Part shown: positions 16,872 through 29,570 of the stretch, in pieces
Position numbering within the stretch: the first letter of the stretch is position 1
Layout: every line of letters begins with the position of its first letter
DNA from: Auanema rhodensis
Taxonomy: Eukaryota; Animalia; Nematoda
Reading direction: 5' to 3'
DNA length: 64,000 bases
NCBI GenBank assembly: GCA_964057225.1
Contig: OZ059898.1
Span: 5,952,001 to 6,016,000, forward strand
The notes under the pieces: model-generated
Told to the model about the DNA's origin: nothing
What the model saw: the letters and a program-made list of their open reading frames with translations, nothing else
The model's database searches: none
Position numbers and translations under genes: made by a program

Positions 16872-19800
16872 TCGGTCTGTTCTATAAATAATATTCATGA
16901 GTTTAAAGAAAAAAAGCATACGAGAATATAAACGAAGATTGTTATATTAATAAAATTCTTTATGTAATTTAAAAAGAAATAAAAATAAAATTATAGCTTG
17001 AAGATTGAAAGTATTTAACTGTTCTAATGTGTTTTTATATTGGAAAAATTTGAACCGTTTTGTTGTCGATTTCGATTTTCGAGAAGGACAACAATGCCAA
17101 GCAATTTATTGCCCCGGGAGGTCAAGCACTAACATGATGCATTGTTTATGTAGAACTTCTTCTGGTTTAAAAGGTTTGCCTGAGACTCTTTTATTTGCTT
17201 TGTTATTTATATTTCTCTCACATCCACATATCCTTTCTCTCATTTCTCTTTTTATAAAATTCGGCAACAACATTGCTTAAGCGGAAGTTTCTCTCATATT
17301 TTATCACATCTTGACGCAATATATTGAATAAGTATCAAAAAGAGAAATAAGCTAAAATGAAAGGGATGCACTGTTGGCCTTTGAATATTCTATCATGTTT
17401 CTTCCTGATAAGAAGAAGCTTGAAAGAAAGGTCAAACATATCATTTACGTGTCATTATAACTTCAACGAGAATATGAAATGAGTGCGGCATGAATATGAA
17501 AATCTCAATTGCGGTTACTCCCTCTTTCTTCTCACTCTCACTTCTTTTTCCTAACTGAATGTGTGAACCTGTTTGCAAGAATGGGCTAGAACAAAAAAAA
17601 TAAAAGTTTGAGGACAAAATGAAACATAGAAGAAGCTGCCGATGTACACATTTAGCAGAAAAACTATGTATATGGCGTTTGAAGAAATTTATGCGTCATA
17701 ATAGAAAAGGACAATGCTTCTGATACAGAGTCAGAACTAAGCTATTAATGGTTGGCCACTGGTCACACACTCCACCTTCAAATATATATATATATATATA
17801 GTTTGTTTACTATTTAAGTTCAATCAAATAGTTTCCATCACAAGCTTAAGTTTTTTCCAATAATAAACAATTCTTGGAATGAATAATACAGTAATGTGAT
17901 GTTAACAAAGGAATAGATACAATTTTAAGGTATGTTTTCTTGAACAAAAAGAATAATAGCACAAGATGTTAAACAATAATTTTTGTTTTTATAAGTTCAT
18001 TAATGTCTGAACTATTTGTTCTAATTATTTTTCTCATATAATGATAATATGATCCAATTTTTGTTTTTAGAAAAACCTTGTACGAACATCAGAAAAAATA
18101 ATACTGTTAGTTATTGAAACTGATTCTTTTCACACGTACAAATATGTATACAGGTATTGAGAAGTTTTTTAAGTAATAAAAGACATTTGAGACAAAAAAA
18201 GTGGCGCATCGGGCTTTTCCCTGCATGTATCAATGTTTCTACATTCAAGAGAACAGATTTTAGAATTGAAAAACCACTATATGTGAACAATAATGCGTAA
18301 AATGGTCGCAGTAGATCGTTTATTTATATAATTTTGGTTTTCAAAAAAAAAATTAGTTGTTCTCTTATTCTTTCTTGATGTTGTTTTGCTAACAAGGAAA
18401 AATTTTATAAACTTATAGTACTTCGCAAGAAAGAGTTCAAGTGTGATCTATTGAAGAGATTCTCTATTCGAGAGAAGTATATTTTCAAAAAAAAAGATAA
18501 TATGCGTCATTATGCTACGGTAACCAGATTTTTAATTCAATAACACATCTTACAAAGAAGGAAAAGTTGGATAGGCTGGAGATAAGAACATGAAAAAGCA
18601 TATGTTTCAGCTTTCAGAATTGTATATCAAAATAAAAAATGATCTGAAGTCACAAAACATATAAAATAAAAAAGTAAAGGTTTGAAACTCAAGTTAAGAA
18701 CTTAGAGTTCAAATTTTTCGAAACCACTACCAGGCTGCTGGCTGTGTTCATCGGCTTCATCATTGTATTGTGGTTTAGCGTTCTCATTATATACTTGTGT
18801 TGAAGGCAGCACACAAAGGGGCGGTATCTGATGTATTTCTCTTCTCGGCATCGTCTAGCGCATGTCGAGACTGTCAGTCCCGCCCCTTGAACTGCCTGAG
18901 GGCATTTGGCCTCCAGCCTGCTTTTCAATGCTTCTTGTCAAATTTTCTTCTTCTTATCTTCTGCATCGCCAACGACATTTTTTCAATCACCAAATTAGTC
19001 TTATTCTTCTCGGCATTCACCTTCACCTGTGTCATAAGTTTCGGCAATGTCTAATAGGAGAGATGTTGTAAAGCTGGACGGTCATCGGGCTTCTTTATTT
19101 GTCACGCAAGCATGTTAACATTTCCAAGATCTTATCTAAGTATTATAAAGCTGCTGGACGCAGCATATACATCAATGAAGAAGTTTGAAGAACAGTTCTT
19201 ATATTGAACCGTTCGCTGAACAGTTGTTTCACAACACAATAATACCAAATAGTGATTATGAGCAGTGGAAAAAAACGAATCGTCTATCGCTTCTAATATA
19301 GGTCCTGTGAATAGTACACGTCATACAAAAACTGACATGTCTCAAGTATAAACCATTTGGAACGGTTGGCTATTCGAGGGCAAAATAAACTTTTTATTAT
19401 TTTTATTTGTTTGAAACGAAACTATAGGATTGAAATCGATAATTGTTTTGTAAATGACATCTGTCATATCAAGTTTACTATGATTCAGAAACAACTGAAT
19501 AGCGTTACTCAAGAAAAAAAGAGGAATAAAATGGTAACGTACGACAGAATATATTTCAATTTTACAATTGAGTCTTTTTTCATTTTTTTTTGTATTTTTT
19601 TGGTTTTCATGAGTTTTAAATTTATCAAGAATATTGTCGTTCATTCAACGTAACAAAATAAGCTTCTTTATCCCTTAAAACATTTCTTCTCTAATAACTA
19701 TTTGTGTAATAAAAATGATAAATTCTCTGAAATTTACCATTTATGAGAAAAACAAATTAAACAACATATTGAAAATAAGTTAGTAATAAATGCTCTTTCT

Positions 19801-21384
19801 AGCTATTTGCATAGTAAAATCTGACGAAATTTCGTTCTACTACATCAGATCAATCCTTTTTGTGATTTTATGTGAACCACTGCCTATCATATCACATATC
19901 CAACTTTTTTTTTCTATTTCTATTATATGCATATAGAATCATTTGAAATATTTGGTTTTGCTTTCATTATCATAATATCACCAACCATTTGAAAATTTTT
20001 ATTGATCTGAGAATATTTTGTTTTATCTTGAAAGTGAAAATTTATTAAAGGGATGATGATACATGACAGGAAATAGAAGTAAAAGCTGGAACCACCCATG
20101 AGAATAATAGGTGAGAAATATTAAATTGGTGAAATTTCAAAGAAATTATTTATATTTTGCACATTAATATTCAGCGACCTTCAAACATATATGACATTGA
20201 TAATTTATATCGTTTATAGTATTTTTAATGAAGGGAGGTCTATCTCTACTTCTCATGCAGTTGGTTGTTGAAAAAAAAAATTTCAAAACTCGTGCTTTAT
20301 CATCTGATCACTTTTTACTACTATTCAACAGAGAATTAAAAAGTTACCGTTCTGTTGTTCAAGAAATCAAAGATTTTCCGGTCTATAATTGATGAAAAGC
20401 CAAATGTGAAAACAACTTTGAGACAGCTTTATTAAAAAATGGGCTCTCCCACTCATATTCTCTTTCGTTATCTCGCTCTCTCTTTCTTTTTCTCTCCTCT
20501 TTCTCGCTCTCATTTCCATTCTCGCTCTCCTTTTTTTTCTACTGTTCTTTATGTATTTTCACAAGGTCATTGCCCCGAGGGCATAAGCGCTAGACAATGC
20601 ATCTTGGTGTTGCAACGAATTAAAAGAACAAAGTAGAAACTAGCAAAAACATTGAAAGGGATGTAATTATTGACTATCAACATACTTGATAAAAAATGTC
20701 ATAGTTGAAAACTTGTCAATTGGAGTTTCATATACTGTAGCATGAAGCTCAATGCTTTGTGTTGTTGTTTATTTGTTATTTACATTAGTTCAAATATACA
20801 AGTTGAAAAGAACATAATTAAATGTTCATTTAGCAATATTATTACTCTTAAATCATTCTCTTTCTATCTTTCAACTATCATTATCACTTTACTTGATTCG
20901 ACCTTTTGAATTTTGATGTATATTACAGAACAGCATCCTGTTTGGCAATGCCCAAGGCATTCATTTGAAGCATTTTGAGACAGAATTAGTTTTTTTCGTC
21001 AAGACCACACAGGACACTTTTTTCGCTGATGCTTTGTGAAATATTAGGAAAGAATAAAACTTAACCAGGTTTTCCTTATAGAAACAAACTTTAAATTACC
21101 GCCTGAAAAGAAACAACAAATCGCTTCTCGTGACAATTAACAGTTGCTTTGTGTATTGTTATTTCAGTCTTCGGTACGTGGTTTAAGAAGTTTTATTATA
21201 TTATTCAGCGATTTTGAAAGCAGAAGATGAAATCGTTTACAGCCAATGTCTTTTGAAACAAAAGACCATATGTTTTTATCCCAAGCTCTTGTTTTTTAAT
21301 ATCTGATAAGATTATAGATGAAAAAAATAAAAACTATATGAGAATTATTAAAAAACAAAAGAAAAGTGACTAGAAGAGAATGAA

Positions 21385-21428
21385 AGGGAGAGAGGGAGAG
21401 AGGGAGAAAGAAAGAAAAAAGGAAAGAA

Positions 21429-21477
<49 letters not shown>

Positions 21478-21560
21478 TAGAGAGAGAGAGAGAGAGATAG
21501 AGAGAGAGAGAAGGAGAGAAAGAAAGAAAGAAATGAAGAAAGAAAGAAAGAAAGAGATGA
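21385..21560 (+). repeat. GA/GAAA microsatellite tract
   Basis: Directly visible (GA)n and (GAAA)n runs; explains the low-complexity ORFs at 21348-21595. Confidence 0.9.
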
Positions 21561-23859
21561 ATGAGCAGGAGAGAGCATGTATAAGTATCAGTTAATGAAA
21601 ATACATAACATTAGCAACTAGAACAGGCTTTTTCTAGTTATGTTGTTACTATGTTTGGAAGTCTTTGTGTTATGTAGGATGTGTATCTGTTTAGTGTTTG
21701 TTGTGAACTTTTTTCATAATACAATTGAAAATAAACAATGAGAAACAAGCATATTATACTTTGAATAAGAATCGGAGTGTTGACCATAGACTGAGGGACA
21801 GAATATTAGTTTTTTATATGTTTTTAATGTAATTTTTGATCAAAATCTTTAAGTATTTTAAAAAATGTTATTTATTTATATCACAAGGACACCAAATGTA
21901 GTTAATTTTCTATTGAATTATTCTAAACGTTTGATACTTGATTCTTAACCACCTTTGTAGACAAATACTTGTCTTCTTCTTACTGTCTACAGTTCGAGGA
22001 AGAAAAGAAAATCGAGAAGGTTTGAATTAATTATTTTATGATGAAAAGACCTAAACCCAAACAGTCAGTTTAAAGATCTAAACTTTATGAAAACGACTAG
22101 ACTATATGACCTGTTATGGCTATTCGTGTTCGTTGACTTCTTGAGAGAAATAACTGAATCTCACGTTCTTACGGCATGCTTCATTTTGCTTTCATCAACT
22201 TCAAGGTAAAAACTGCACAGCATAATGTTCATTGTTACGTTGAAGCCTCTTCCAGTACTTTGATTCTTTTTCGTTTGTATCGTCTTTCTCATTACATGTC
22301 AACGATAAAATAACCATCGGCTACAAAGAAACAGGTGTCAAGCATCTAGAAAACAAGACCAACTACAATGACAGCTATGATGACGTTAACCTGACGACCG
22401 CTGACTCAACGACGAGAAGCGACGACGTCAAAGACGTCGACAACGATAAATACCAATAGAAAGCATGAAACGAAGTAAGAAGAGTGGTGGCCGTTGAAAG
22501 GTCACGTAGGCTTATGCTACTTGCTGTAATTGTTTCTTCGTTAGCTTCTGGTTTACAGCATTCCTTCTAGCTTTTCAACCGACAGTCATTAGCTTTTATC
22601 GAAGAACGTTTCACTTCTTCAAGTACGACCTCTAACCCTACCCGAACATGACCGGTAGATCATAATCCTACAAATTGTCATGTGTTGATGAGACCCTTAT
22701 CGGGCAAAAATGTATACTGAATATACGGTACTTCTCATGCATATCGAGATTGATCAAACTTGAACTATGAAGTTTGGTCTGAGAAGGAGACAAAGGTATC
22801 TGATTAATGAAAACACTATGAGTAGTTTTTTTCATTTATGATCATGAACGAGTCATTGAAAACTTGATGACCTATACCACACCTAGAACGTTATATCTTA
22901 ACGATGACTTTGTCATCTTTAATTTTTTGTCGTTTGCTTCTCTTTGCCGAAGTTAATTTTTTTCATTAACTTCATCGTTGTAGAGAAGCATCCAAATCTT
23001 TTTGCTACAAACTCAAGTATTAAAAGTTTGAATTTCATTACAAAAATTTTCAGTCATCTCGTAATAGAAACCAGAGAAAGCATTACCCATCAAATTAATG
23101 ATTACAACAATTCTTTACAAGCGTACCTGAATTTTTATTTTCTTAGATTCTTTAATTTGCATTAACAATCTTATGTTTAAACACTTCTAGCTAGTTACGA
23201 AAATTACTAAGCTTCATTTGACTGCAGTATTTAAAAGTTTTCTTTAACTGTTTGTTTCAAAATTTACTACTTCTTTACAACATTTTTCATTATAAACTTT
23301 ATTTTAAATTTAAAAAATGTTTTAAGCTTATTATGCTCGATCTTCGTGCTGTCCTATTACATAACTATGATTACCGAATCTACATGAAGATGTAATATGT
23401 ATTTTGCGGTGAACTCGCAACAATTAATTCGTAAAACTGGACAACACGATGGAAAGAAACGAATTATTGTAGTATTTCTTTTTTGTTTTATAATTTTGAG
23501 TTTTTTTCCAGAATGTTTTATCATAATTTAGCATTACAAATGCAACGAAGTTCAAACACTCCTAATTCTTCCCAAGGAACAAGTTTTCTGTAGTCTAACA
23601 ATAAATACTGGCAATAAACAAAAAGAAATGATAGTAGTGCTCCTCCCTAACCTCATTTAAATTCCATCTTATTTTTTCTACTATTTAGAATCAAAATTAC
23701 CTTGAAACAGCAGAGTTGGTATTATAGGTGGTTTCATGCTAATTTATGATTCATATCAAACCTTTTTACTATTTCATAGCGATTATATTTAACTTTTTCT
23801 GGTGTTCGATGGGTTTTGGTATCATTATTTGTGTATTAAGAATTCTATATGATTTATTA

Positions 23860-24601
23860 TTATACAATGCTATTAGCTTTTCTGAAGAGTTCGTTCATTT
23901 CCTAAACAAATGATATTATTATTTTTTACATGTCTATTATTTCAAACCTCAATTAACAGATTGGATTTATCGGGAACAAATTTAAGTTCTGGGCAATTAG
24001 CACCCACTGATTCTGATAAAGTTTTTCTAAGGCTAAATTTTTCCTTTTCAAGAGCTTTCTTAATATCTTCATCATTTTTGCCATTACAAATCCAAGTTAT
24101 GCTTAATTCTGAGAATGAACTATTTACTTTTACCTGTAAGATAAAACATATACTGGATTTAGAATATATTGACCTACTTTTCCAAACTGAATATATAGAC
24201 CACCTAAACTCTCGTTCAATGATACTGCTTCTTCAAATTTAATAGCCAATATGTCAGACAGTTGCTTCATCTTTTTGTCATCTAGTTTTCTATGTTTTTG
24301 TGCAACGGTTGCTAATATTAGCTTTGTCTCATATCTAAAAAAGCCAATTTATGGACGAAACGAATTTGGAAAATACCCAAGATCATATCCAAATCTTTTA
24401 CCAATTACTTTTTGGAACCCCTTCCCTAACGCCATGTCATATCTCCAACTTTGTCGAGGTAAAACACAGTTTCCTATAATAATGAGAAATGATAAAACTT
24501 TTGAAGGATTCTCCACCACATATTTTAGCTGTTCTTCTATTTCGGAAAACATGAGTGTGTGCGAACCGTACTGAAGCTTGAATGAGATTTTTTTCCAACA
24601 T
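23860..24601 (-). CDS. Mitochondrial ribosome-binding factor A (RbfA-domain) homologue
   Basis: Presequence-like MLEKNLIQASVRFAHTHVFRNRR, then RbfA/KH-type fold KQLSDILAIKFEEAV...IQFGK/VKVNSSFSELSITW...LRKTLSESVGANCPELKFVPDKSNLLIE/EMNELF. First intron and exact 3' end are less certain. Confidence 0.72.
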
Positions 24602-24887
24602 GCTGCATTATAGTATATTTAATAAACTTAAAATAAATCTATGTACATATGCATATAAATATATACGGGTAATACCACCCAAATATTAAATAAAAGATTA
24701 AAATGAAGAATATTGACATTATTACTCACAGGCTTCTACTCGTACTAAGAAACATATCGACAAATGAAGAATATGGTATAGGAATTCAAATTTATCAGAA
24801 AAACACACAGGAGTATGAAAGTGTATATATTAATCTCTGTGAAGCCTGCGCAATATTCTAAAAATATATAAATAATCTGAATGAAGT

Positions 24888-26358
24888 TTATTCTGAAGAA
24901 GCTAAGTCACTATTCATTCGTTTAAGATAATGAGCTCTGTTGGATTCTATCATTTCCCATTTTCGAATATCAAACAGTCTCTTCCATTGCGAATGATCTG
25001 ATGGTACTTTCCCAGAAATTTTCGCTGTTTCACTGGTCTCATTCAGTTGCCCTGACTTGATTCGTTCAATTGTTTCCTTAAGTAAACATTGTTGTATGGT
25101 TTGAATACTCTTCTTACGTTACAATCTTTAGTTTTATCCAAATCCAATCGAATAACCAATAATGGAACTTTGGGGTGTGACTGCTTAATTCTCATGGCAA
25201 GTTCATCCATTTTACGGGGATCCATAGTTTTTTTCTGAAAAGAAAAATGTTTTGCAACCACTATACATGTTGGAATTGAAAACCTTTGCTGCACTTGCGC
25301 TAATCGCAGCTCTGAAACGTCTCTTCACTGCTTCAGCAGCATCTAGGTTTGTCCAGGAACTGGATTCAATTGCCAGGTTAGAAGCTATAGCGATAGATAT
25401 TCTTTTACTGAAGTCCTCTACGGATTCCTAAATCATTATTTCGTATATACCATTACAATAATTAAATTTTTTACATTTTCATTTTTTGTGAGAACAGGCA
25501 ACCATTTAAGTTGTATGACAGTAACAGGGAGAAACATAAACCAGAAAACATCAGACCACCATGTAGCCCCGAGAATTGATGCATTTACATTAACAGGTCT
25601 CCATACTTGAAGAGATACAGGCTGAATAGATTCCGAAACTTCAGCTGGCCACGTACTAAAAATTAATGCCATATTGAGTCATAGAGGGAACAAAATATCA
25701 CTCACCTAAATTTCAATAATGCCTTTTTTCCACTGGTAATTGCTCCTTCAGGTAAGGATAAAATTGGTAAAGGGCTATTTTCAATATGTTGTTTAACTTG
25801 TCTAATAAGCTCAGCTCTTCCACTTCTAGCTCCAAATTCCGCATAGCCAAAACACCTAAAAAAATAATTTAGCACAATATTAAAAAGAAAAAGACTAGCC
25901 ATCGAAGTATTGCAGGAATATCCCACACAGAGGGTAAAATACATGGCTCAATAAGGTCAACAGCTAAATGATCCAAAGCACTAACATGATTAGCAGCTAT
26001 CAGTTTAACATTTAAATCACTGAAAAAAACATAATACAAATTAAGAGTTCAACACTGTGCCATACCGTTCACCGTCTTGCTTTATCACAATACCTAGTAA
26101 TCCACACATGACTCTTAAAACAACTGTTCGCAGGGCTGTAGATTTTCGTAATAAACATGCTACCACAAATGTGTGTAAACCCAAAAATACTCGACAAAGA
26201 AATATGAAAAATCCTGAAATACAAATTGTTAAACTTCATTCAATCTCAATAAACAAACCAATAGGAGCGTATAACAGTACAAGAAATCTCGAAGATGCAG
26301 AAGATATTCGTTCAAGATCAAAAAGTTCAGTGAGAGGCACGGGATGAGTTTCTGTCAT
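24888..26358 (-). CDS. Ancient ubiquitous protein 1 (AUP1) homologue with acyltransferase-like, CUE and G2BR regions
   Basis: N-terminal LLYAPIG hydrophobic hairpin, IAANHVS and LSLPEGAITSGKKALLKF acyltransferase motifs, CUE domain MDELAMRIKQSHPKVPLLVIRLDLDKT, G2BR-like FDIRKWEMIESNRAHYL. TTAG acceptor directly before the ATG. Confidence 0.88.
25856..25899 (-). other. GC-AG intron in the AUP1 gene (44 nt, ATG|gctagt)
   Basis: Gives ILRW|CFGYAEFG; the nearest GT donor produces a stop. Confidence 0.8.
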
Positions 26359-26641
26359 CTAAGTGTAAAAAAATAAAATTATCTTTGCGTATACCCATGC
26401 AAATATGTCGGATAACTACCAAATTTACAAGAAAACCAGATTTGTACATAAAAAATTCACTTAAGTAAAAAAATATTAAAAATGCAACGAAACGTAACTA
26501 GATTGTTTTCCACGATCATATCACCTAACTCTAGAAATGAACAATATTAACAAATTAAACAATATTAAAAAACCAATTAACAAAAGTGCTGAGCACAAAA
26601 AAAAGAATTACAACAGCATTTACAGTATGCTTTAAATAATT

Positions 26642-27310
26642 TTAATCCCGATTAATAGGCAGCAGTCGTCTATTCATTATCTTCACCGGACCTAATTCGT
26701 CTTCCCATGATCGAGCTTTCTACAATATATCAAACGTAAACATTTTAATTGCTCACAAACCATGCTTATTATTCGAGGACCTTGAGCAGTTTCCACTTTC
26801 CTATACCCATCCGGAACTTCGATGTAAGTTGAATCGCCAAATAACCGTAATCTGAAAGAAAGTTAATTATAAATTATTTTTTTAGTTTAATCATGCCTAG
26901 CTTCATTTGATTCAAGTTGCCGTTGAGTTTTCCTTCGCATTGATCTAACGAAACGATCATCCAAAAATGAGCAGGAGAGCGGTAAGGGCTATAAACATTA
27001 AATTACTAAGTGCTCAAAACAAGGAATACTTACATCACTCAATACAGTTTCAGTAATAACATCTAAACCAGCTTCATCTTTATCTTCAACAGTAACTTCA
27101 TTAAGAACATCAGCTATTGTTGTTTTTTGTTCCGAAGCTAAAACTATATGAGAAAAAATCCAAATGCCTATCCTACCACTCTTTGATACCGGCGAACAAT
27201 CAAAATTACTTAATATTACACGCCTAGCAGCGGGTTTACATTTAACGGGTAAGCGTATAGGGCTTTCTTTCGACGCAGATTCCTTAATAGGTATTAATAG
27301 ATATTAATAT

Positions 27311-27365
<55 letters not shown>

Positions 27366-29087
27366 TCTCTACTTACTTCTGAGGTTTTTTTTTCTACCGT
27401 TCCAAAGACAGAGTCACTGGAAAAGCCGTCAGAATTTTCCGGTGATTGTTTACGTGGGGTCTCAGAAACTTTAGGTAACAACGGTGATAACATACTCTAT
27501 AGAAAAATTTGTTTTGAGGAGAAAAAATATATTTACTCTTCGCAGAGGATCCAACAAGCAATCTTGTTCAAGTTTGACTAGTTCCTCATTTTCAGCCTCT
27601 CGTATTGCAGCTGGAGAAGCCAACATACGCTTGGTAGGTGAAGACCCTAAAACATTTGGCTTTTATTATAATTTACTAAATTTTAAAACCATGCCTTGTG
27701 AACTGAGAGGTCGCTTTTGCGGTGTAATAGGAGGCGGTTCACAACCATGATAAGCATAATATACATTTCTTTCAGACCAGGATGACCAATCACCAGCAGG
27801 ATCAAGTGCTGATGAACGAAAATTTTTTTTAGCTACTTCATATATACGCCTGAACAAATTTAGAGAAAAAAATAAGATCACTCATTAAAGCATACTTTAA
27901 ATAAAAATGTGTAATAGGTTCAAGCTGTAAATGCCTACCAAACCCACTCAAAGTTTTATAATAATAAGTACAATTTCGACAGAAAGGGCAAGATAAACCT
28001 TTTCCATTTAATAACTGAAAGAAAACATTTTATAAAAAAACGAAAAAAAAATTACACCTTCCTAATTTCCCCGGAAACTTGTTGCTCTTTGGTATGATCC
28101 ATTAAATGCATGTGAAGAGTATGAACACTATGACTACGAAAATTACATACTGAACAATCCCAAGGTGTTCTAAAAACAAAAGTAAATATATTAAAAATAT
28201 ATTAACCTTTTTTTAGATGGCGTAACGTTTACATTGGGAGAAACAGCAAGAGGAATTCCAAAAGCTTCAATAGCAGCTTTATTAAAATTGAATTTTCTAA
28301 AATATAAAAAGTTCAAAGAAAACAAAAATTAAAACCTAAAACATTCTTCTGAAAAATGATCAGTGCATATAATACCAGTACTTGGAACATTGGCAGCAGG
28401 TCCCATTCGCAACCTCAACATTTCCTAGCAATAACCATATAAGCATTGAATTGAACGCTTGATAAACATACTGAGTAACGAAAACCAAGCATATTCCCCC
28501 ATAATCGTCTACGATCCAAATCATCAGGAAAATTTAAATACATTTCGTTATCAGGAATTTCGCGATTACAAACTATACAAGTTGTATCACGAACAGAAGT
28601 AAAAGGCTAAAATATCAATAGCACAATAATTCGATAATGACTTACCCCAGTTATAATATTAGTAGTATCCATGAGAGTAATATTCAACTTTCCGCAGATT
28701 TTCTTCACCATGAAAGTAGTACCTGTATCACTGCTTGGTGTAGCACGGGCAATAGAATCTTTATTTAAATCAGGTGGGACGCTGCTATATATAATTTCGC
28801 CCTCGGTTTCTTTAATTCAAATATAATTTTTTTTTATTCGTTTCAGAATACCTTTATTGTCTTCATCAGTAACTTTTTCTCCTGAGCTGGTAGAGGGTGG
28901 CAACACAATATTGCACATTTTCTTCAAGGGAGATTCATTAATTAAAATAACCTGATATTTTATTAAATTTTTATCAATAGTTTTAGTTTTTACATACATC
29001 TTCCGATGGGTTTAATCCATTTATAATAGCTTTTGAAGCTTCTGTTGAAGGGTCTGACCGCACAACGCTGCTAAGCGTGTCCTTCAT
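26642..29087 (-). CDS. lin-36: THAP and zinc-finger synMuv B protein LIN-36, about 16 exons
   Basis: THAP domain CIVCNREI...YLNFPDDLDRRRLWGNMLGF...ICTDHFSEECF...NFNKAAIEAFGIPLAVSP, C2H2 motif WDCSVC...HLMDH, CPFCRNCTY, and RIYE...W..W..RNVYYAYHGCEPP, matching my recollection of LIN-36. Adjacent to AUP1 as in C. elegans (F44B9.6/F44B9.5). Confidence 0.85.
26852..26896 (-). other. GC-AG intron in lin-36 (45 nt, TAG|gcatga)
   Basis: No GT donor in the AT-rich interval; the GC join keeps the frame (NEAR|LRLFGD). Confidence 0.75.
27318..27362. repeat. (TA)n microsatellite in a lin-36 intron
   Basis: Directly visible. Similar TA tracts lie at about 9740-9792, 17783-17799 and 51074-51100. Confidence 0.9.
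27647..27694 (-). other. GC-AG intron in lin-36 (48 nt, AAG|gcatgg)
   Basis: The GT donor 5 nt downstream shifts the frame into a stop; the GC donor keeps SSQG|SSPTKRML open. Confidence 0.72.
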
Positions 29088-29570
29088 TAATACTGAAAAA
29101 AAGTGTATATTACAGATTTTTATTGGATATGAATAAATTTTTTTTAAATATTGAATTTATTTTTAAAATTTTATAATTTAAAAGTATCATAACATCAAAC
29201 TACAATCACTATTAGCTATACCACTAGACCATTTTAAGTAAGTTAATGATTATAGGGCTAAGTTATCGTTGTAGGACCTTTTTAATTTTTGAGAATTTTT
29301 CTCGATTTCATATTAAATATTGAGGTTATCGTCTCTGCTTTTCTGTTGTTTAAACTGCCTTTAAGTAAAATTTTTTTCCTTAATTCATTAATTTTTACAA
29401 TACAAAAATTGAATGTTAGATTATATAGTCAAAGTGAATTTTATATTTCGAAAACGCTGGATGCTGTTCTAGCACATGTTTAAATTTATATGCATTTGTA
29501 ATAAGGAATATTTAATTCTCATTATGTAGTCAGCTGCGTTCTTCTCCTTATTTCATTTTTCCTATTTCAG
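29088..29570. promoter_or_regulatory. Divergent (bidirectional) promoter region between lin-36 and cct-6
   Basis: 483 bp between head-to-head ATGs, each preceded by a TTTCAG trans-splice-type acceptor. Confidence 0.6.
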
